A DNA stretch of 64,000 nt, taken from positions 1 to 64,000 of the forward strand of contig JAANOX010000220.1 in assembly GCA_020184695.1 (NCBI GenBank), read 5' to 3'. Both the position numbers and the translations under genes were made by a program. The stretch comes from Histomonas meleagridis 2922-C6/04-290x. Its lineage: Eukaryota; Protista; Parabasalia. The stretch's first letter is position 1, and each line of letters opens with the position of its first letter. Below, piece after piece: positions 54,504 to 64,000 of this stretch. Under the pieces are notes generated by a model. It worked only from the letters and a program-made list of their open reading frames with translations, did not search any database and was not told the origin of the DNA.

Positions 54504-55730
54504 GACGCTTGGTGCCGAAAAAAAAAATTTTTATAACTTGCAATTTTTTGAATTATCGGAGAATCTTATTTCCAGAGCATAACGGTCACCAATAACGGTT
54601 ATTTTTCGTACATTGAAAAAGTTGGTGTTTCGACAGAACGGCTTTTTCAATGAAATACGATCATTTCTGGTATTCAGGCGGTTATTTTTCGTTTCTGGTC
54701 GGCCAACTATATTATCAATTTGATGTTGAAAAATTGAATATTTTATTTGTAAAATTTGAATAATTTCGAATCTGACGAATATGCCAGCGGCTGGTATTTT
54801 CGAAAATTTCCAATGATTTTAACGGATTCGGGCCTCCCTATGGAATCCAAATAAACGGTTTCTATAATTATGTATCGTCTGTGAAAAAAAATAACAGTGT
54901 TAGCAACAATATACTTATCATATAAATATTATATTTTCAAAAAAATTCAAGATTACTTAAATCAGAATTTCCGATAAAAATTTTTAATTTATCAAAAAAA
55001 TTTGTTCACCAAGATATTATCATCTGCTGATTGATTCAATAAATTTTTGGTGAAAAGTGTAAATTTCTCGTTCATTTTTTTGTATTATAATAATTAATTA
55101 ACTTCTTTATGAATAGCTATATAGTGCGCATATAACGGATATGTTTTTTCTATAAAATTTAATTTTGAAAAATTATTATCAATTATCATTTTTATGCATG
55201 AAATTTTTTCATTCAAGCACAGCCATTTCACAGACTACCCAAAAAGAAACTTACTATCAACTCATATATCAAGTTATAGTTGATTTTATTAAGATATACA
55301 AACTGTAATCAATTTTTGGAGTGGGGATTAATTTTGAGTTTTATTTTATAATAAGTGTAAACAAAAGTGATTCATTATTATACTTAGGCTCAATAAAAAA
55401 AAATTTGAATGTTATATTACCTTTACTTCTTTTCTCATTTTTTAGTATTTTTATATCCATTTTAATTGATTTCACTTTCAAGGTTATTAAATTTTTAAGC
55501 CTTATACAATCCGAAATTTGGTGAAAATAAACGCGAACGAATATATTTGATATAATCAGTTGAAAATTCAATATGATTTCCCAAAAAGTAACTAACTTTG
55601 TTAATGGGTTTTCAAGTATTGAGAGAAGAACTATCAATTTTTTAATTTTTTTATAAAATGAAATAAACTCAAGGAAAAATGAAAGTTAATATAAAATAAA
55701 CAGAATTCTATCTTGTGTTCATTTATAAAA

Positions 55731-58073
55731 ATGCTTTCAATCATGACTACGTTTTGTACAAGCATAAGACTTTATGCTCGTGAAGATCTCAATGCATCAA
55801 ATGGTGCAGGAGGAACATATTTATGGTGGACAGACCTTGGAAGTAAAGATATTATTTATCGTGTTATGCATTGTGGTAGTGATAATATATGGAAAAGCAC
55901 AAGTGTCTTTGCAGAAGGAGATAAAGTAAATGTATTAAATGTATACCCTTCTGAATGCAAGAAATGTTTAAAAATAGGTGATAAATATAAAACCTACAAT
56001 GTAATTTTTAAATTTGCTAAAGATAACAATCAAGTTATATTACCAAAATCAGCATCTTTAAAAATATGGATGGAAGGGGGAACGATTATAGACAAAGGTG
56101 TTGAAAAAAAGTTCGATCCATATGGAATTGATCCGAAAACAAAAAAGCAATTAATTTTCGTTACATTAATGTCGATAGATGAATTTGAAGAAAACCCAAA
56201 TGCTATTTTTAATTATGATGTAACCGTATTTGGAACATGGGATGCCAATGCTTGTGTGTCAATAACAACTGAAACAGCACAAAACGTGGTTAGCAAATAC
56301 ATTGATGAAGGTTTTGGTGTTTTAGCAGGACATGATACTCTTTCAACTCATTTTTATGATTACAGAAGGAAACCTCTTGGATTAGCATCTATAAGTTCAA
56401 AGTTTGGAATAGAAACTAATGTTTTATTACCAAGTGATTTTAAATCTGATAAGATTAAAATTGAGAAAAAAGGTCTTCTCACAAATTACCCATGGAAAAT
56501 TGGAGATATTAACGATAATTTAACCATACCAGAAGCTCATATTAATAGTGCTACATTTGGGAATATATGGATGTCATTTTATGGAGATTGGAGAGTTCCT
56601 GAATACACAATTATTGGTTCCAGAAAGTTATTATATAATTTCTATCTATCATCATATAACAATGCAGCTATGATTCAAACAGGACATAGCAATTGTGATT
56701 CAACCGAAGACGAAAGAAAGCTTATTGCAAATACAATCTATTATCTTAAACAAAGAACCACAAGAAGTTCACTAACTATTCATGAAACACAAGATATAAA
56801 TCCACCAGCAATTCATCAATTAATGCCTAATTATGAAAAAAATCTTATTTATTTAAAAAGTCATGATTTTGCTACAAGATATCAATTCAAAGTTGAAGCA
56901 ATCAATATTTCAACAAATATAGTGGTGAATAAATCAAATAAGGTGTCTATCAGAGTAAAAACAAACCTTGCAGGCCATTATTATTTATTTAATAAATTTC
57001 AATCGTTTAAAATCACAACAAAAAATTCTATTACATGTAATAAAACATTAACAAATATAATTAATATTTTCGAAAAGTATTGCAACTTGAACTTACATGT
57101 TGCACCTTATGATCATGCAGGAAACATCGGAACAACAAAATCATTTAATATTACCAACAAATGGAAAATTTGTCAAAAAAATTATAATAATGAAAATAAA
57201 AAGGAATTGTTCAAAGGGAAAGTAAATGATAATCAAAACAAGAAATCAGAAAAAACAAAAAATCCAGTAATAATGAAAAAACAAGAAGCATATTCTACAT
57301 CAAATAATAAACTATTAAAGAAGCAAAACAAACCAAATTCAAACAAAGATAAAGTATTAAAACAACAAAAAGTATATTCTAAATCTATAAACTCAATAAA
57401 AATATCAAATAAAACGCATGGTTCACCAAACATTTCCGAAACAACAAAACAAGACTTAAAGTCAACATTAAACAATCAATTAAATGTTCATAAAATAACA
57501 AAGAAATCAAATTTAACTCTAAATAATCAAGTAAACACCACTTACATAGCAAAACAAGAATCAAATCCTGTATTACGTAAACAAAATAATATCACTAAAA
57601 CAACAAAACAAGAATCAAACCCAGTATTAAGTAAACAAAATAATATCACTAAAATAGCGAAAGAAGAAAATGTGACTTTAAATAATAAGTTAAAAGCTAT
57701 TGAAAATATTACAAAACATCAAGAATCTCCTCATTCAAGCGAATATTCAGCGAATGATAAAAGTAGGCAAATTTCTCAAGAAAACAATGGAAAATTTGTA
57801 CTTCCTGATAGTTCTCAACAAGAAGATAAAGCAAATAAGAAACTTTTTTACACTATTTTGAGTCTTTTAGGAATTATTGTAATTACTTCAATTGTAATTG
57901 CAACTATAATCATGAAGCGTTGTAACCAAGCTAACGAAATTGTTGATACAATGGAAACTCCAGGTAATATTGTCGCTAATGAGCAATCAATACAATATCA
58001 AAATCCATTGTTCCATATTAGCGAAGATGATCCATTTGAAGATGACTTCGATCAATCTAGAAATAATGAATAA
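55731..58073 (+). CDS. Type-I membrane surface protein with conserved N-terminal globular domain, low-complexity N/K/Q stalk and NPLF/acidic tail
   Basis: TM LFYTILSLLGIIVITSIVIATIIM; tail YQNPLFHISEDDPFEDDF; 54-bp repeat at 57551/57605. Confidence 0.7.
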   Translation: MLSIMTTFCTSIRLYAREDLNASNGAGGTYLWWTDLGSKDIIYRVMHCGSDNIWKSTSVFAEGDKVNVLNVYPSECKKCLKIGDKYKTYNVIFKFAKDNNQVILPKSASLKIWMEGGTIIDKGVEKKFDPYGIDPKTKKQLIFVTLMSIDEFEENPNAIFNYDVTVFGTWDANACVSITTETAQNVVSKYIDEGFGVLAGHDTLSTHFYDYRRKPLGLASISSKFGIETNVLLPSDFKSDKIKIEKKGLLTNYPWKIGDINDNLTIPEAHINSATFGNIWMSFYGDWRVPEYTIIGSRKLLYNFYLSSYNNAAMIQTGHSNCDSTEDERKLIANTIYYLKQRTTRSSLTIHETQDINPPAIHQLMPNYEKNLIYLKSHDFATRYQFKVEAINISTNIVVNKSNKVSIRVKTNLAGHYYLFNKFQSFKITTKNSITCNKTLTNIINIFEKYCNLNLHVAPYDHAGNIGTTKSFNITNKWKICQKNYNNENKKELFKGKVNDNQNKKSEKTKNPVIMKKQEAYSTSNNKLLKKQNKPNSNKDKVLKQQKVYSKSINSIKISNKTHGSPNISETTKQDLKSTLNNQLNVHKITKKSNLTLNNQVNTTYIAKQESNPVLRKQNNITKTTKQESNPVLSKQNNITKIAKEENVTLNNKLKAIENITKHQESPHSSEYSANDKSRQISQENNGKFVLPDSSQQEDKANKKLFYTILSLLGIIVITSIVIATIIMKRCNQANEIVDTMETPGNIVANEQSIQYQNPLFHISEDDPFEDDFDQSRNNE

Positions 58074-58355
58074 ACGAGAAGGCCTAATTTTTTTCTTATT
58101 ATAACAATTTATAATAATTCGTATCTTGGTACATATTGAATCATGTGCTTATAGTTAAATACCAATGCAACAAATGAAATTAACGATCATAACCACCAGA
58201 GAAATGGGTGCAAATGTTATTTTAAATTAAAGGGAATTAACGAAGTTCTTGGGATAAGAGCTTTCATGAAAACATGGTTTAATGTTTATATTTGTAATCA
58301 ATTAACTTAATTAATTTATTTGTTCAAAAAGTAAAATATTTCAAATTTACATCAT

Positions 58356-58727
<372 letters not shown>

Positions 58728-59087
58728 TTAGTACCATTTTTTTTGATATTAAACTTTAGAATGACCGTTAAATACCTGGGTTTCGAATCAAAAAAGTTTT
58801 CTTTATATTCCTTTATAAATATCATTTACAACCAAAATTGTTGTCATGTATGGCGCTAAAGTATTGATTTATAAACATTCATGACCTTAAACAATAATTT
58901 AAATTAAATGTGTCAAAAGCAAATACGCAAACAAGTACCTATTTTCAGTTCATACAAAACAGCGTGAAACCAAAAAATTGGGTGTTTTCTATTAAACCCA
59001 TTTTGAAGCTTCGAAGAAAAGAATTAATCAAAAATATTAAAATGTAATCTCAAACCAACAAAATCGCTGTTAATTGTAGCAATTTAT

Positions 59088-59288
59088 TTATCGGAGACGA
59101 CGAGCTTCACGTTCTGTTTCGAGGAGAGAAAGGATATCACCCTTCCTGACTGGACCTTTGACATTACGGATAAGAGAACGCTGTGACTCATCAAGGAATT
59201 CGACCTTAACTTGTGTAACACCACCACGGCTACCTGTACGTCCAATTATATCCTTGACAACAGCTAACTTGACTTGGACTTCTTCCAT
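59088..59288 (-). CDS. RPS28: 40S ribosomal protein S28 (eS28)
   Basis: [19 protein letters not shown]...[26 protein letters not shown]. Confidence 0.97.
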   Translation of the reverse strand: MEEVQVKLAVVKDIIGRTGSRGGVTQVKVEFLDESQRSLIRNVKGPVRKGDILSLLETEREARRLR

Positions 59289-59291
59289 TGA

Positions 59292-59296
59292 AAAGG
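59292..59296 (-). promoter_or_regulatory. M5-like core promoter motif CCTTT
   Basis: GTCCTTTTCAATG directly before the RPS28 ATG; M5 (CCTTT) is the Inr alternative reported for T. vaginalis ribosomal protein genes. Confidence 0.6.
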
Positions 59297-59506
59297 ACAG
59301 GCCATGTCAAAACCGCCATTAATAAACGGTCGTTTATAAAACAAAGCAAGAAAAATATCTGTTTAATGGGCTTTTAAATGCAAAACCGAATTGTTTTAAA
59401 TACAAAAAAATATCACAAACATAACCTTTTTCTCAAGCGAATGAAAAAGAGTTATATGAAGAATTTATTTATGATTTGTAATTGTTATTTCTGAAACTTT
59501 CTATCT

Positions 59507-60190
59507 CTACCATATATACTTGTCAAAATCAAATTCGTCAAACGAACTTATTTGATATGCAGGATTTACTCCTCGCTTTGCATACTCCTCTTCATTGTTT
59601 TCAAATGGCTTGTGGAGGAAGCAAGTTGCCATCCCTGCTTCATTTGCAGCTTTGATTCCGTTGAATGCATCCTCAAAAACAAGAACATTTTCGGGATTAA
59701 AATCACCTAATTTCTTGCTTGCTGTTTGAAATATCTCTGGAGAAGGCTTTGCTTTTGTAACTTCATTTCCACAAATCATTGTATTGAATAAAGAATAAAT
59801 ATCTTTATGATTTGAAATTTTGACTTCATGGAGTTCTCTCATTGAGCTTGTGGCAACAGCAAGTGGGATGCCTTTATCATGAATTGTTCGAATAATTCTT
59901 TCAACTCCGTGAATTAACTTTGCATTTGGAAAAAGACCTTTTAAAATTACAGATCTCCTTTGTACAAATTCTTGTGGTGTCATATCCAAATGATAATGAT
60001 TTACATATATTGCAGCAACATCAAGATCAGATCTACCATTTGTTAGATCTAATATTTTTGGATCATATGGTGGAGGAACAAAAGATTCTAAAGCCTTATA
60101 ATATAGAGGCAGTGTATCAAGGATTACACCGTCGTTATCGAAAATAACAGCTTTAATTTGATGTGGCCAAACTTTTCCTGCTTTGGTCAT
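59507..60190 (-). CDS. HAD-superfamily hydrolase (HDHD1/GS1-like)
   Basis: AVIFDNDGVILDT, AVATSS, KAKPSPEIF, LVFEDAFNGIKAA. Confidence 0.9.
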   Translation of the reverse strand: MTKAGKVWPHQIKAVIFDNDGVILDTLPLYYKALESFVPPPYDPKILDLTNGRSDLDVAAIYVNHYHLDMTPQEFVQRRSVILKGLFPNAKLIHGVERIIRTIHDKGIPLAVATSSMRELHEVKISNHKDIYSLFNTMICGNEVTKAKPSPEIFQTASKKLGDFNPENVLVFEDAFNGIKAANEAGMATCFLHKPFENNEEEYAKRGVNPAYQISSFDEFDFDKYIW

Positions 60191-60662
60191 ATGCAGCTTT
60201 TGGTTCCATTTAAACGTTCAATTTGTTATGTGGGTAGAAAGTAATGTAATAAGCCAACCAAATAATTAAATTCATCAATCATATTTTGTTTTTTGTCTAA
60301 ATGATTCTTACTGCAAAGTTTTCAAAAATGTTTTTGAAGTATCATTAATTTGATAATGGAAATTTCTTTTATTTTAATCTTTTTTAATGACAACAATTCC
60401 TTCTTTTTTAAATATTAATTTTCATTACAAATTATTATTGTTATTATCTCCAATTCTTCATAAATCATCTTTTGTTTGGTTTTTATCATAATTTGTCTAA
60501 AAATTGGTTTTTAATTTAAAGAAATTTATTCAGATAATATTTATAAATATATTTGCTTATTGCAATGAGGTTCTTGAGCAAATCTATGCTCATGATTTAT
60601 CGTCTTTACTGCATAAAAATTTTATTTGCTCCATAAAGATCAATCGGCTTTAATCCATATAA

Positions 60663-63600
60663 ATGGAAAGCCCAATCTCTTTATTTGAGAAAACATTAAA
60701 CTCAACTGATCCTGTTGTTATTGCATCTGATACACAAATTACATTTCCAGAAGATCCTTCATTTAAACGTAAAGATGTTCCAGAAGGAGAATTGTTAAAT
60801 GCGAATGATTTTTCTTCGATAGAATTTCTTCAACAACTTATAGATAAAATAAGTGAATTAATTCCATTTCTTTATAGTTATCGAAGTGTTTCAAGAGCTA
60901 TCTATAATCAAGAAAATCATTTAAAAGAAGTAGAAAAAGATGAGAAAAAACGAGATGAGATTATGCGATTGTTTGTAAATTTATTTCAATCGAGATTTGA
61001 AAAAATGTGTAATATGAAAGAAGCATTAGAAGATGTATCTCAATATCTACAAAATTCAATTATAAATATGACTAAACAAATACCAGATTTGTTTTTCCAA
61101 AAGCTTGTTGAATTATTTGATATAATTTTAAATTTAGAACAATTAAAATTAGTTAAAGTTGGTTTAACAAATGATTTATCATTATTTAGAAGACAAAAAA
61201 ATTTAAGTGTTGCAGAAAAAGAGAAAAATGTAATGCTTCCTCTTTTCCTTGCAACACCACATCATCTTTTAATGAATTTACAAAAATATTTTAAATCAAA
61301 TGGAGGAGATGTACCAGTTCAATTTTTCATTAAGTTTTTAGATTATTGTGTTACCAAATATAATAAATCAATATTAGCAAAACAAAAGCAATCACTTGTT
61401 ATATCAATGTTATCTTCACTTGTAATTATTGGACAAAAAAAGTTAACATTTAAAGATAATATGATTCATATTTATTCAATTATTTCAGAACATCCTCTTA
61501 TTCCATTATGTGGAGAAAATCATTTTCAAACATCTTCAATCTTTACTTATATTGAAGATTTTGTGTTACCTAAAGGAATCATAATCCTTGACGATAAAGA
61601 AAAACTCAAAGCAGCACGAGATCAATTTCTTCTTAAGAAAAAAGCGTTACAATACAAAGAAATGTATAGATTACATTTACCAAATATTACACGAATTTTA
61701 CGTAATGAGTCAATTGATAATTTAAAAATGTTATATGATATATTATCTTATATTAGTGAAATGTCGAATGCAATTATGACGCAATTTGCTTTTAAGTCAA
61801 ATTGTCAAGCAATCACAGATAATCCAGATGTATCTCTCTATGATTGTCAAGTACGCTTAAATTATAGTAAAAGTGATCTCGATGCTCTAATAGAAATAAT
61901 TGGGGAAATTAAAGTACTTTCAAGTTCAGCAATTCAAGCTGAACCAATCATTATGAATTACATTTATAAATATATTGGTAATTATATCCAAAACTTTATA
62001 CATATTACATTAGGAGAAGTATTATCAATCGCAAAGAAAAAAAATGACAATGATGTAATTCAAATCATAACATCAATTCGAAATATCTTTGGAAGATTTG
62101 GTAATACTTCACCGTCAAACACCAACGAAAAGAAATTCACTCCGAGTAACTCAACGAGTATTCCTCCGTCGGTGCATCAACTCGAAGTATTACGTGAACA
62201 AATTTCTCTTTTAATGTCACCTGAAAGTCCGTTTTATGAAAAGAAGAAACTCAAAGCGCATTATAAGTCATTTTTATTGAATTTTTCTTCATTTCTTGAT
62301 GAAACTGAAAATTTCCATATTTTATTAAAGTATTCGCAATATATTCGCGAGTCATCAAATTTAGGTTCGTTATGGTTTCGTGAGACTGCTTTAGATATCG
62401 AAGGGAAACGTCATAACATTATCCAATTTCCAGTTCGTTCATCATTACCATTTATCTTAGCGGAACATGTTTTAAGTTCCATAGATACACCTTCGTTACA
62501 TGACTGTGTATTTTTCCCATTTGAGATATATAATGACGCAGCATATTTAGCGATTAATATGTTTAAGTCGCAATATTTATATAAGGAAATCGAAGCGGAA
62601 GTATCACTATGCGTTGATATGATATCATTCACATTTGCGCATACATTTTTTAAGTTCTGTCGTAAGACTGCTGCTTCATTTGAACTACCTGAAGAACATA
62701 TCGGCGAAATAACAGTAACACCAATTCGTTATTCAGCTGTAGTTAAACAGAAGAGTTTACAATTACTTGGTTCTTCTGTTGACTTTAATATCATTACTAC
62801 ACATAAACTGAATGAAACTATCGAAAAAGAATTATCGCGACTTATATCAATATTAAATGACTTCCGTATGATTCCTTATGTTCTACATCTTTTAAAAGTT
62901 ATTAAATCAACACATTACTTATTGAAATGTAATGATTTATTACTTGATGACTTTTGCGTTTTATGGGCTAAAGCTCGTTCTGCTATGCCGAATTATCCTG
63001 GTACAAATTTAACAAATAAAATCATTGATGTTATATATCCGCAACATATGAAATTTAGTGTAACTTTACGAATGTTTGTTCCTACAAAAGATTTAATGTT
63101 AATTCCTCCAACAAAAGATGATTGGGCCTATGAATATGTTAAAATTCATTCGGATGATACAACTTATATTGGTACAATACATTTTTCTTCATTAATAGAA
63201 TTATTAGATGATGGAGAAATAGTTTCATTTATAGTGAATATATTAGGGAGAATTGATCAAGAAATTATTAAAGTCATTGAATTATTTAAAGATGTTTCTA
63301 CATGTCTTAGAAATGTACATATTAAATTAGTTGATAATATTGATAATTATTTATCTTATATATTTGATGCTTATAAAGATGTTAAGCATCCTCAAATTGG
63401 TCAATTATTTAATGCTTTAAGAAATATCGGGAATTTAATAACAATGTTATATCTGATTGAAATAGAAATGAAACAAAATAATTGTAATTCTTCAATTATA
63501 TCATCAATCGTTTCAATCTTTAATATTCATATTGAGAAATATAAAAATATGTTTAATGAAGATGAGTTCGATCCTATCAATATGGTTAATTGTAGATCTT

Positions 63601-63947
63601 TTTCGGCATTATGGCCGATCCTTGAATTTATGTTATGTTCGCCAAATATTATACAATTATCGGATAATTTGGCGTTGCCTTATCCACTAGAAACTTTTGG
63701 TGATGGCCCTATAATTGCTGCTCATTTCTTTATAATATTAGCAGGAAACTTAGGTATTTATCAATATAATTCAATAACTATAAAAGCATTGAAATTATAT
63801 GATATACAAAACCAGAAATCTAATAAAGAATCACATCATTTTATATATTGTGCATCAATGGTAAATCAAGCAAGAAATTTCGCTGAAGTTATGTTGTCGC
63901 CGTATATATCAACTAAAGCTTCCTGGACAAATGAACTTTTTATGTAA
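60663..63947 (+). CDS. CYFIP/Sra1/PIR121 (WAVE regulatory complex) homolog
   Basis: FLYSYRSVSRAI, NDLSLFRR, QVRLNYS, LGSLWFRE, IQFPVRSSLPFILAEH, FPFEIYNDAA, LLGSSVDFN, FGDGPIIAA. Confidence 0.88.
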   Translation: MESPISLFEKTLNSTDPVVIASDTQITFPEDPSFKRKDVPEGELLNANDFSSIEFLQQLIDKISELIPFLYSYRSVSRAIYNQENHLKEVEKDEKKRDEIMRLFVNLFQSRFEKMCNMKEALEDVSQYLQNSIINMTKQIPDLFFQKLVELFDIILNLEQLKLVKVGLTNDLSLFRRQKNLSVAEKEKNVMLPLFLATPHHLLMNLQKYFKSNGGDVPVQFFIKFLDYCVTKYNKSILAKQKQSLVISMLSSLVIIGQKKLTFKDNMIHIYSIISEHPLIPLCGENHFQTSSIFTYIEDFVLPKGIIILDDKEKLKAARDQFLLKKKALQYKEMYRLHLPNITRILRNESIDNLKMLYDILSYISEMSNAIMTQFAFKSNCQAITDNPDVSLYDCQVRLNYSKSDLDALIEIIGEIKVLSSSAIQAEPIIMNYIYKYIGNYIQNFIHITLGEVLSIAKKKNDNDVIQIITSIRNIFGRFGNTSPSNTNEKKFTPSNSTSIPPSVHQLEVLREQISLLMSPESPFYEKKKLKAHYKSFLLNFSSFLDETENFHILLKYSQYIRESSNLGSLWFRETALDIEGKRHNIIQFPVRSSLPFILAEHVLSSIDTPSLHDCVFFPFEIYNDAAYLAINMFKSQYLYKEIEAEVSLCVDMISFTFAHTFFKFCRKTAASFELPEEHIGEITVTPIRYSAVVKQKSLQLLGSSVDFNIITTHKLNETIEKELSRLISILNDFRMIPYVLHLLKVIKSTHYLLKCNDLLLDDFCVLWAKARSAMPNYPGTNLTNKIIDVIYPQHMKFSVTLRMFVPTKDLMLIPPTKDDWAYEYVKIHSDDTTYIGTIHFSSLIELLDDGEIVSFIVNILGRIDQEIIKVIELFKDVSTCLRNVHIKLVDNIDNYLSYIFDAYKDVKHPQIGQLFNALRNIGNLITMLYLIEIEMKQNNCNSSIISSIVSIFNIHIEKYKNMFNEDEFDPINMVNCRSFSALWPILEFMLCSPNIIQLSDNLALPYPLETFGDGPIIAAHFFIILAGNLGIYQYNSITIKALKLYDIQNQKSNKESHHFIYCASMVNQARNFAEVMLSPYISTKASWTNELFM

Positions 63948-64000
63948 AAATTGATTTGATTTAATTTTAGTATTCTAAATTTTATATAAAAATTGATTAT

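Overview
Eukaryotic, very AT-rich, gene-dense window from a parabasalid protist (Histomonas/Tritrichomonas/Trichomonas-like). The assignment rests on a hydrogenosome-targeted HydG, BspA-like LRR surface proteins, DUF3447-type ankyrin genes, Inr/M5 core promoters and essentially intronless housekeeping genes. About 30 ordinary genes and one tRNA-Lys(TTT) are present. The standout signal is in the ankyrin-repeat genes. Each repeat is 170 bp rather than 102 bp because the four beta-hairpin codons (x-x-G-x between 'KD' and 'TAL') are each preceded by an exactly 17-nt AT-rich, non-GT-AG spacer, in the pattern [17 nt][codon] x4. Removing the spacers by hand turns two apparently truncated genes (12262-10034 minus, 24 spacers; 33968-36026 plus, 20 spacers) into stop-free ORFs with textbook hairpins (KDKDGNTAL, EDNKGRTAL, QDYEGKTAF, KNKRGDTAL). 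One repeat lacks exactly one spacer, which confirms the 17+3 period. The mechanism (non-canonical micro-intron splicing, ribosomal bypassing, editing or DNA excision) cannot be determined from sequence, and I could not check whether this has been published.
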